A stretch of DNA of 63,925 nt, the filler included, from Stramenopiles sp. TOSAG23-2 (Eukaryota), in NCBI GenBank assembly GCA_900128395.1. It is 4 parts of 4 records of this genome, joined end to end, with 100 filler letters (N's around TTAATTAATTAA, not from the genome) between each part and the next. Parts side by side here need not be neighbours in the genome. Positions count along the whole stretch, not along the records: positions 40,388 to 60,475 come from LT649565.1; 3 more parts are not named here. One strand, given 5' to 3'. The translations under genes were made by a program, and so were the position numbers. Positions 46,805-56,307 of the stretch are shown one piece after another; the stretch's first letter is position 1, and every line of letters starts with the position of its first letter. The notes below the pieces were generated by a model. The model worked only from the letters and a program-made list of their open reading frames with translations. It was not told the origin of the DNA and did no database searches.

Positions 46805-47360
46805 AATTGAAAGAGAGAGGGAGGGATATATAGGTTCTTGACACAAAGTTTTTGAAAAAATTGTGCGTCGTGTTTAAATATATATTTTTTTAATATATAT
46901 ATATATATACGAGTCGTATATATTAAAATTTATTGATGTATCAGTATAAGAGGAGAGTAAATATTGGTTAAAATCTCAAGTTATATCATTAATAGTTTTA
47001 CTTCTCATGGAAAATAATATGCTCAATACTCAATCTCGAGAATAAATATTCTGTATCCTACTAATAGTGAAGCTCTAATGCACGTCTGCAAACTAATACT
47101 CCACAAGCACGAGTGGGTTTCTATCCTTCCTGCACTCGTTGAACGGGCTGGACGTCGGGTTCACTTGGAAACGACGAAGTTGTCAAAGTGAAAGATCCTG
47201 TTGTGAACAACAATCGATAACTATTTGGGTAAAGATCTTGAGAGATGAGTAAAATATATAAATCATACGGTTCGGTACGTATATGTAAAAGTACGCGTAT
47301 GATACGCGTTATTTTACACAAGAGTGTAATTTTATATTTTAATCATGATTTTCATTTTTT

Positions 47361-48347
47361 TTACAAATCTTTAAATACTCGCTCATAAACTTTTGCAACC
47401 TTGTTCAATGCAATTGATGAATGCTCTTCTGATGTTAATGTATCAGTATCATATATACCAATTAAAATTCTATTTTCTGGCGTTATTTTTTTATCTATCG
47501 TGCGTAATTTTGCAATAAATCCTTTTCTATTAGCTATCATTCCAAATCTAGTTGTATCTACGAATAATCCAAGTGGCACACCAAGTTCTTTTGCACTTTG
47601 TTTCATCGAACGGCCTTGCTTTGATATACTGCCATGACAACATCCACATACAGCAAATTCGACATTTGTAGATAAACATTCTTCTATCATTTTATCCGTT
47701 AATGCATTACATACATGGCAACCAACACAGGCAACATCTTTTAAATGTGTCATATTTTCAGATTTTAAAATTTTAGATAACCAACCTACTTTGCGTAAAT
47801 CAATTTTGATATGGTTGACAACATCATTTTTTGTTTGTTTGCTATTCCTATTATCAGTATTTTTGTTTTTCGTTAGCGGTAACCATTTTTTTCGCAAAGA
47901 ATAAAACGATTCTGGGCAATGTAAATCACCAATTAGAACTTTTACATCGTTCCTATTATGAACTTTAAACGCTAATCCCAAAGCCCCATGGCCGCCACAG
48001 CAGTCAATAATCAGTTTTTTTTTTTTGAAAAAACGTTCCGTACGTGAAAAAAAAGCCAAACATTCTTTTATTTCTTTAGCTTTTGGTTTTGGTTTCTGTG
48101 CTTGTTTCCAAGCATTCCACATTGCCTTCCTTAAAATTGCACGTTTACTATTATTATTATTATTATTAATATTTATATTTTTGTCACCATTTTTTTTTAA
48201 ATGAAGTTTATGATTATCATTTGTTGAAGAAGATGATGTTGTTGAATTTGGTTTACATATTAGACTGTTAAGAAGATCATTGTTCTCTTCCTTCTTGAAA
48301 GAAATTCGTTGTTCTTTGATTTTATTTACTTGAATTAATGATGTCAT
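47361..48347 (-). CDS. Class I SAM-dependent methyltransferase (Methyltransf_32-like)
   Basis: IIDCCGGHGALG, VGCHVCNALTD, CGCCH, ITPENRILIG. Confidence 0.75.
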   Translation of the reverse strand: MTSLIQVNKIKEQRISFKKEENNDLLNSLICKPNSTTSSSSTNDNHKLHLKKNGDKNININNNNNNSKRAILRKAMWNAWKQAQKPKPKAKEIKECLAFFSRTERFFKKKKLIIDCCGGHGALGLAFKVHNRNDVKVLIGDLHCPESFYSLRKKWLPLTKNKNTDNRNSKQTKNDVVNHIKIDLRKVGWLSKILKSENMTHLKDVACVGCHVCNALTDKMIEECLSTNVEFAVCGCCHGSISKQGRSMKQSAKELGVPLGLFVDTTRFGMIANRKGFIAKLRTIDKKITPENRILIGIYDTDTLTSEEHSSIALNKVAKVYERVFKDL

Positions 48348-48667
48348 CCTTGAATAGTTTGATTTGTTGATCAGAATTGATAATATTTTTTTTTTCTTTT
48401 TCCTTTCTTTATCGTAATAATACTACCGATTACCAGAAGACAGATTCTAATTCTGGACTATATACTGACCGACAATATATATATATATATATTAAATAAA
48501 TATAGGATTAAAAAATACCATAGATATTAATATACACATATGTATATATGTATACACATTTGAAGAGAACGTTCACGGCATACATATCATTGCGTACTTA
48601 ATCCTAAACAAAGTAGAGAAACAACAATTGTAAGTGCGTGTGTTTTAAACGTATTGAAACATTAAAA

Positions 48668-49600
48668 ATGAAATATCGTTTCAATTTAAACGCTTTATTA
48701 TTTATTTTAGTATCTTTCTCTTTTCATCATCATGTAAAGGTAAATGCATCTATGAAAACATTTAAAAAGGCATCGGAAGCGCGAATATTTACAAAGAGCA
48801 ACGATGTGACAGTTATCGGCGTTTTTGATGATTTAAAATCAAAGATGGCAAGTCATTACAAAAGTGCTGTTAAATTATGGACAAATTCAGGAGTGGAATT
48901 TGCTATTGCTACTGATAAAAGTAAATCATTTCGTGAAAAATTTGATGATGAAAGACTCCCTGCTATTTGGGCACAAGTTAATTTCAGAGAAGATGGTTCA
49001 TTGAGGAGAGGAAGAAAACGAAGGGTTGGCTTCTTTTTAAATGGGAAATTTATGGAAAATATGGCAAAAGAGGAAATTATTCAAAACATTTTGATTTTCT
49101 TTTATAAGACTTTATTGCGCCCAGTGAATTTTTTTCCAAGTGAAACGGATGGCGCACAACGAATGCAAATGGCGATTTCTAGCAGATTACCTAAATTATT
49201 CATTACACATAATTCAAAATTTAATGAAGAGGAAACAAAAGAATTATTAAAAATTAATTCACACTTTTCAGGGAAACTTCATATTATTGCAATTAATGTT
49301 AATGATGTTACAGGTGCATCTGACAATTTAATCAAATCATTAAATATAAAAAAATCAACGAAATCAGGACGTAGTATTAGTTTATACGATACTTTCGCAA
49401 ATAATTTAATTGAATATCCAAGTGAATTTAAAGAAATTCCACATGTGGATTCAAATGTTGATGAAGATAAGCTTATAAAATATATTTATCAAACAATAAA
49501 TAAATATGATGATAAACAATTTAAACACGATATCGGAAAAAAAAAGAAGAAGAAGAAGAAGAAAAAGAAGAAAAAGAAGAAGAAGAAAGATGAGTTGTGA
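48668..49600 (+). CDS. ER-luminal non-catalytic thioredoxin/PDI b-type protein with poly-Lys-KDEL tail
   Basis: Signal peptide from ATG 48668; DVTVIGVF...FAIA b-domain pattern; no CxxC; ends in a long poly-Lys run then DEL. Confidence 0.7.
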   Translation: MKYRFNLNALLFILVSFSFHHHVKVNASMKTFKKASEARIFTKSNDVTVIGVFDDLKSKMASHYKSAVKLWTNSGVEFAIATDKSKSFREKFDDERLPAIWAQVNFREDGSLRRGRKRRVGFFLNGKFMENMAKEEIIQNILIFFYKTLLRPVNFFPSETDGAQRMQMAISSRLPKLFITHNSKFNEEETKELLKINSHFSGKLHIIAINVNDVTGASDNLIKSLNIKKSTKSGRSISLYDTFANNLIEYPSEFKEIPHVDSNVDEDKLIKYIYQTINKYDDKQFKHDIGKKKKKKKKKKKKKKKKKDEL

Positions 49601-50223
49601 ATATAAAATAAAAAGCAACAACAAAAATATAATTTGTTGTATCTTAAAATCTATAGGCACTTATAATACTGTGTATAATACAGTGTAGCTGTATATAGTA
49701 TTTTGTTGAATTTTTCAAAGAAAGCTACTTTAAGTATAATTTTAGTCTATATATAATGCGTTGTATTTGATAGGTGTTTTTTTTTTTCTCCATTGGTTCT
49801 ATAGCAAATTAAAATGTACCATGTTAATGTTGGTATTAGTATGTTGTGGTGCATTCATGGTTTTTAGACTATTTTTGTTGTTCAGTTGTCAGTTGTCCAT
49901 CAGGATATTAGCGGTTAATACAGTATTTGTTGAGAACATGCTGGCATGCTACTTGCTGGCTTGGTAATGCTACTTTAACTTGGTAATGCTCTTCTAAAAT
50001 AAAATAAAAAGAAGCTTTTATTTTTTTTGGTGCATAATAATATAATAATACCAGCAGTATAATAATAATTGATTTACCGATGTATGTATAATAAGATCAT
50101 AATTCCTCGAATACATAGTACAAAAACTTTTATTCTATCATCTAAAAATAACATACACCATACACCCACGTTAGCTATCTATCTATCTCTCTCTATCTCT
50201 CTGGCTTATACAATTTCTTAAAA

Positions 50224-53200
50224 ATGGATGAAGAAAACAAGGGTGATACGAATGAAGCAACAACGATGGATTGGAGTAGCCCAGACAACATTGTAGCGTT
50301 AAACAGTGAGGTCGTTGAAAATACAGCTTTTTTATCGACCCATATGGATTCTTTGAATACTAGTGCTACCAGGAATCCAGAGACAGATGGCCACTTTGAC
50401 TTAGGAGATGATCAAGATGTAACGGTAAATTCGCCGTATGTAATACAAGAACAAGATGGGATAGGAAACGATGAAAATGATGATGAAGGTGGCTTATTTG
50501 GAAATGAAACGTTAAACGTGGAAAATGGAAATACGCTTGTCGAGGAAGAAACTGATGAACCTGGTTTTGAAAGATCAGCTTGGGGTAGAAACACCATACA
50601 AAGAGTAGAAAAACAAATCGATGTGAAAACAGAAGGGGGCGACGAAGACTATAATAATGGTGGTGGTTATGGCGAATATAATCAAGAAGTATCATGGGTT
50701 GCATATTTAGACCCATCCAGTGGTCAACCATATTACGTAGATGAAATAAGTGGGTACAAAACATGGGTTCAACCTGAAGATGGTAATTTCGTATGGGGAG
50801 AAGTCTCAGACGATGTAATTGACCGTCATTTTACTACAGGTGTCAAAGAGAGACATGAAAATCTTGGCCCGGATTATAGAGAGACGCCATGGGTTATACC
50901 TGATTTTAAAAAAGGTGAACAAGCTAGAAGAGAAGCGTTATTTGAGCAAGGCAAAGCACCAATATGTGGTATAACATCGCGTCGTTTAGGAAAATTAGGG
51001 GTTGGTATACGTTTGTATTTTGAATTTTCAAACATATTCGGAATGTTATTATTTTTCGGTTTTATATTTTCGATACCAGCAATTGTACTTTATTCAAGTG
51101 GTAAAGGAATCCATTTTAGTGAACATGATGATGTGCTGGAACTTGCAACTTTGACGCCTGGTATGTTTACCCCATCATATGATTATATGGAAAATGTTAC
51201 GGCGAAATATAATCTGGAGCAAAATGATACAAGTAAATTAGCCGGCACTATGACTCTTGAACAATTCCAAATGGCAACTTTGAAAGACCAGACTGTATAT
51301 TTTGGTTCCATTGAAATGACCAGAAGTAATGCTGCTTCTATGGTGTCATGGATTGATGCATTTATATCATTGATTTTATTGGCATCCTATCCATTACTAC
51401 GCATGTATATGAAAAATGTTGATGATGAAACTGGTCTACAAACTACAACAACAGCTGACTATTCTGTGGAGGTGCATGGGAAAATGCCACAAGGTACTAC
51501 CGAGGAAGACTTAATAGAACATTTTTCAAATTTATACAAGTTAGATGAAGAAGATTTTCGGAATCGACCAGTTTTTAATGCAAATGATAAAAATCACTGC
51601 TCCGCACAGCGCAAAGGGGCTGTGAAACCCGTTCAAAATATTACCCATGTAGCTGGAGAACTTGATGGTGGTGAAAAATATTTAGGAAAATGGGTTGCAG
51701 AAGTTGCGATTCATTATAACAATGGGGATACGTTGATGAAATATTTAGAACTATCTGGGATTCAAAAACAAATTAAACATTGGCGAGGAATTGCAAAGAA
51801 ATTTAGCGATGATACGCCATATTCAAAAGGTCCGAATCCAAGGATGGTTGAAAAAGCAGAAAATAAATTAGTGCAATTAGAATTTTTAGAGGAAGAACGA
51901 ATGAAATCCATTCATGAAAAGAATGATGTTATCGGTGCATTTGTTGTCTTTAACCATGAAGAAAGTTATTTAAGATGCGTTGAAGATCATCAATTACAAA
52001 AAAATCAACGAACGTGCCATTGTTGCACATGTTGCCATATAAATCTTTCCAAATTACTTTTTAAAGGCAAACATGAGTTACAGGTAAAACGGGCAGCAGA
52101 AGCGGGTGATATACAATTTGAATATTTACCTTTTCATGGTAAAAACGGGATGAGGCGTACGATCAGTAAATGTTACATTTTTGCAATCCTTTTAGTTTCC
52201 TTCCTATTTATATTTGCATTACATTCATATAAACGATCAGTGGAAAAAAATATACCAGATTTAAGCGCATGTGCATCGCGAAGATTATCACTTATACTTG
52301 CTGGAAACAATTATACAGGAAACGTTTTAAACTTTGAACGCACTGAAACAAAGGATGCTGAATGCCGAGCAGCTGTGAGCAAAAGTGCATTTTTCATTAT
52401 AGCAGAAGAATTAGAATATCGCTACGATATGGATATGTCGACATGTTCCACTTCAGTACATTCTTGCCTGAAAGGTGGCCCAAAGCAAGAAACATTATGT
52501 CCATGTGTAGATACTCAATCTCCTGCTAAATGTTTTGATCCCGATGGTGACGAATACCAAGCAAAAATTATTGCTGAATGTTTTTGTGTCAATGGAGTCC
52601 AAAAAGCTCATGCTGTTCACCAAGCATCAGATTGGATGGATGACAACGAAAATGTTTGCGGTAAAGTAATCGCAAATATAGGAATTGCAAGTACAGTGCA
52701 AGCGCTTGGATCTATTTTTGTTACTGCTATTAATATTGGCATATCGAAAGTTATACATACAATTATACGATATGAACGCCATTATTTAAAAAGTCATGAA
52801 AATGGCCAAATTGTGTTGATTTCTTTAATTGCGCAATTTTTGAACGCTGCTGTAGTTATTATATTGATTTATCAACGAATTCCTGGTACAGAAGAGTCTG
52901 CTACGCCATTTTTATTTAATGGTGAACACGATGACTTTGGGAAATTCTGGTACATAACGGTTGGCGTTTTCATCCAAACTACAATTTTAATATCGACTGT
53001 ATCTTCACATGCAATGTTTTTATTTTATTTCTTAATAAAAGTTCCATCCAAGCGTAGAAATGCCAAACGCCAGCCAGAGTTATTTGCAACACAAGCCGAA
53101 CTAAATGATGCTATTGTTGGTGGGGAATTCCCATTGGAAATCCGTGTTGCAGCTCAATTGCTTTTAGTATATGTTCCCGTCGTGTTTTCTCCAGGAATGC

Positions 53201-54390
53201 CGATATTATTCCTAATAGGTGCTTTTGGAGTCGTATTTGGTGCTATGGTCGACAAACTTAATATAGCACGACATTCAAAACACCCACCTGCCGTTGATTC
53301 AAATGTGCCAAATCAAATGATTCGTACTATACCTATTTTTGTTTTAATACGTTTAATGTTTGCAGCTTGGGTCTTTAGCAATCCTGTCATTTTTCCTTCA
53401 GATTCAAGAAGTGAGGAATACACTGAATATTTGCGAAGCCAAGCGCAAAGCAGCGAGAATTTAACATGGTTGTTTGGAAGGCTGGGTACAAATACAGCAG
53501 TACCACATGTTGTTTTAGGATCGTTGCTTTTGACATATTTATTGTCTAGCAGTTTAATATTTCCTCTATTAGAAGGTTCATATCATGTAATTGAGAAAGT
53601 ATTAGAATCTTTTAATTGTCATTTTTTACATTCACAATTACGTCCGAGGGCTGAAGGTAATTCGCCGTTTACTGAATATTATTGTGAAAGATATGATGAA
53701 AATTTCAAACAGGTAACAAAGACGAATAAACCAAAACATTACAATCCTAATATTCGTCGTGCTATAATCAATGGGGTTGAAATGACTGCACCATGTGTTC
53801 CACCTTTGTCTAAACTAGACAAAAAAGTTGGTTGGAGAGTTGTAAATGAAGATTCGTTTCCTGAACATACAGACGAGAAGGATAAAGAAAAATCACATTA
53901 CAAAGTCAAAGCATGGATGGTGAATTGCTCTATTCGTGAGCAACAGCGATACACGGGAGAATTGAAATTAACATGGGAAGTTTGTCAAGAAGATGGGATT
54001 TCATCGTATAAAATGCTTCAAAATCCTAAATACGCAGTGATCGATGAATTGAGGAAAGAAAAAATGTTATTACATACCCCGACTAAATCAAGCAGTGAAG
54101 GAAATGACGGTGTAGGTGAAAAAGGATCAAGTAAATATGTTTATGATGAAACTGAACAAGAGCAACAAGAGCAAGAATATGAAAATGAACAATATAATGT
54201 TGTGGAGCAGCAGGAACAACAATATGAAATTTATGGAGGAGGAGTAGAAGAACAGTATGCTCTCGAAGTACAGCAGCAGCAACAGCAACAACAACAACAA
54301 CAACAATATGAAGTTGGTAATAATAGTGTTGTAGCTGCGGAAAATGAAGAAAATCATTTGACTTTAAGTGAGAGTGATGAAGAAGGTTAA
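50224..54390 (+). CDS. OSCA/TMEM63 (CSC1) family channel with N-terminal WW domain and Cys-rich extracellular insert
   Basis: WVAYLDPSSGQPYYVDEISGYKTWVQP (WW); LGVGIRLYFEF, TADYSVEV, AFVVFN, VKRAAEAGDI, YERH, SPGMPIL, VDK...R...PP; many TMs. Confidence 0.85.
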   Translation: MDEENKGDTNEATTMDWSSPDNIVALNSEVVENTAFLSTHMDSLNTSATRNPETDGHFDLGDDQDVTVNSPYVIQEQDGIGNDENDDEGGLFGNETLNVENGNTLVEEETDEPGFERSAWGRNTIQRVEKQIDVKTEGGDEDYNNGGGYGEYNQEVSWVAYLDPSSGQPYYVDEISGYKTWVQPEDGNFVWGEVSDDVIDRHFTTGVKERHENLGPDYRETPWVIPDFKKGEQARREALFEQGKAPICGITSRRLGKLGVGIRLYFEFSNIFGMLLFFGFIFSIPAIVLYSSGKGIHFSEHDDVLELATLTPGMFTPSYDYMENVTAKYNLEQNDTSKLAGTMTLEQFQMATLKDQTVYFGSIEMTRSNAASMVSWIDAFISLILLASYPLLRMYMKNVDDETGLQTTTTADYSVEVHGKMPQGTTEEDLIEHFSNLYKLDEEDFRNRPVFNANDKNHCSAQRKGAVKPVQNITHVAGELDGGEKYLGKWVAEVAIHYNNGDTLMKYLELSGIQKQIKHWRGIAKKFSDDTPYSKGPNPRMVEKAENKLVQLEFLEEERMKSIHEKNDVIGAFVVFNHEESYLRCVEDHQLQKNQRTCHCCTCCHINLSKLLFKGKHELQVKRAAEAGDIQFEYLPFHGKNGMRRTISKCYIFAILLVSFLFIFALHSYKRSVEKNIPDLSACASRRLSLILAGNNYTGNVLNFERTETKDAECRAAVSKSAFFIIAEELEYRYDMDMSTCSTSVHSCLKGGPKQETLCPCVDTQSPAKCFDPDGDEYQAKIIAECFCVNGVQKAHAVHQASDWMDDNENVCGKVIANIGIASTVQALGSIFVTAINIGISKVIHTIIRYERHYLKSHENGQIVLISLIAQFLNAAVVIILIYQRIPGTEESATPFLFNGEHDDFGKFWYITVGVFIQTTILISTVSSHAMFLFYFLIKVPSKRRNAKRQPELFATQAELNDAIVGGEFPLEIRVAAQLLLVYVPVVFSPGMPILFLIGAFGVVFGAMVDKLNIARHSKHPPAVDSNVPNQMIRTIPIFVLIRLMFAAWVFSNPVIFPSDSRSEEYTEYLRSQAQSSENLTWLFGRLGTNTAVPHVVLGSLLLTYLLSSSLIFPLLEGSYHVIEKVLESFNCHFLHSQLRPRAEGNSPFTEYYCERYDENFKQVTKTNKPKHYNPNIRRAIINGVEMTAPCVPPLSKLDKKVGWRVVNEDSFPEHTDEKDKEKSHYKVKAWMVNCSIREQQRYTGELKLTWEVCQEDGISSYKMLQNPKYAVIDELRKEKMLLHTPTKSSSEGNDGVGEKGSSKYVYDETEQEQQEQEYENEQYNVVEQQEQQYEIYGGGVEEQYALEVQQQQQQQQQQQQYEVGNNSVVAAENEENHLTLSESDEEG

Positions 54391-54749
54391 AAAAAGATTA
54401 ATTGATGGAACAGCATTACAAATTGCCGTATGCATATGATATGATATGAATTACAACACCACGATACAGGTTTTTGCTGACGAACGAATAAATAAAATTA
54501 ACTATGATACGTACGAAGTCGTGTTTTAAACAGGCACATAATATTCGTATATAATTGACACGAATGTAAAAAAAAAATACGCGCGCGTGTAATACGGCAC
54601 ATATAGTTATATACATCATGCTGTAAAATCAAATCACAACACGAGAAAAAAATATACACAAGAAGCCTATTAACACCCCAGCCACTCTTCTAAAATAAAT
54701 ATACAGTATATATATATTATAATACGCGTATCTTATTTTAGGGATTTAC

Positions 54750-55526
54750 TCACGCAGGTTCGCATTTACCAGCAAATTTGCATGTTGCAAAACCAGTACA
54801 ATCACTCAATGTTGGTCTACCATTTTCTTGTTCATAAATACAAAACCATTTCAGTGCAGTTGTACTCCAATAATTTGGTGGCCTTCCACACTCATTGATA
54901 TCAAGAGCATACATTTGTGTAACATTTACGTTTTGATATTTTAAACGATAACTACCAATCACTTCACCCGTTCGATCACAACCAGCTGTACAATGAACAT
55001 ATACTAATGTTGGAACATCTGTTTTTGTAGTAATCATATTTTTTATATCTTCAACTCTTGTTGGTATTTTATCTACTTTCCATACAGATGAATTTGCCAT
55101 TTCCCGTTGTTTTTCCTTTGAAAACTTACTTGGTGGAATAATACCAGCCAGGCCTAATGGCCAATTGATAAACTTTCCTAACTTTGCATTATTTGGATTT
55201 TTCCAAAATGCTTTTTCGATTTTTAAATCCTTATCAAATAAATTATTTAATGAAATATCAACTAGTTTAAATTCTGTTGGAAAATCAATACCAGCATCTT
55301 TCGTTCGTTGTTGAAAATATGTTATCAATTCTTTGTATTGAAATGACGTATGATTAGCAACAGGCATATTGCCACGAAATAGAAAATTATTCGTGGTTGG
55401 TTCATGGTCTACTAAATGTACACGTGTATAATCTAAATTACCATGAACAACTGATATTAGAATTAATAATATTGTTGTAAATGTAATAATAATTGTTGAT
55501 GCGGATAATAATAATAATCCAAGCAT
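54750..55526 (-). CDS. Secreted/luminal Cys-based (PTP/DSP-fold) phosphatase
   Basis: VYVHCTAGCDRTG (CX5R). Hydrophobic leader from ATG 55526; the ORF-track start is farther upstream and non-ATG. Confidence 0.85.
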   Translation of the reverse strand: MLGLLLLSASTIIITFTTILLILISVVHGNLDYTRVHLVDHEPTTNNFLFRGNMPVANHTSFQYKELITYFQQRTKDAGIDFPTEFKLVDISLNNLFDKDLKIEKAFWKNPNNAKLGKFINWPLGLAGIIPPSKFSKEKQREMANSSVWKVDKIPTRVEDIKNMITTKTDVPTLVYVHCTAGCDRTGEVIGSYRLKYQNVNVTQMYALDINECGRPPNYWSTTALKWFCIYEQENGRPTLSDCTGFATCKFAGKCEPA

Positions 55527-56307
55527 TGCTTTTTTCTTATATGGACTATTCGTATAACAAGTTTCTTTCAAAATTCTCTTTATTGTACTATTGACCAATA
55601 TGTGTAAAAGAGTAAATTTTCTTCGTACCAATTTCTCTTCCTCTCTCTTGTCCCTGCACACACTATAACGTCTTGTCTTGCCTACTGTACCTTTATATGT
55701 ATTGCCAGATTGCTTACAAATAAAATACCACATGTATATTCGAATATATGCCATGCACATCACAGTTTAAATTGTTATTTTTTTGCCAGATGATTATTTG
55801 GTGCTATAGCTTATCTGGCTTATCCAGCTAGCTCGCTATACGCTTCGCTTGCAATGCTAAGTTTATGCTCAGGTACCCGGAGTAACCTGTATTGGTGCTA
55901 TTTATATATTATTTTATATTTTTAGTAAATTTAGGCCTACTATTTTTTTGGTATTTTGCTTGAGTCGTAGTGCTGTCGTGATGCTATTGTAATAAACTAG
56001 AGCTACCCTAGCTCTAACTAAACCCCAGGCTCCATCATGGCTAAAAAACTTGATGTGAAAAATCTTCACAAGGTTGCACAACAACAAGCACAACAACAAC
56101 AAAATATAGATCTATGCCCCTATGGAAAATGAATTAATAAATCTCAAAAAAGAAAACGGAGATATAACTATATGACGGAATTTTTGTGATTCTAGTGTAA
56201 TATATATAATAAATATATAATATATATATATATCGATCGTATATATATATATATATATACGATATATACGTATTTATTGATATATTTGATAAATTTGGAA
56301 ATCTAGA

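Noticed and set aside
56200-56275. (TA)n tracts and AT palindromes just upstream of start codons
   Set aside because: Ubiquitous simple repeats in this AT-rich genome; nothing specific can be supported.
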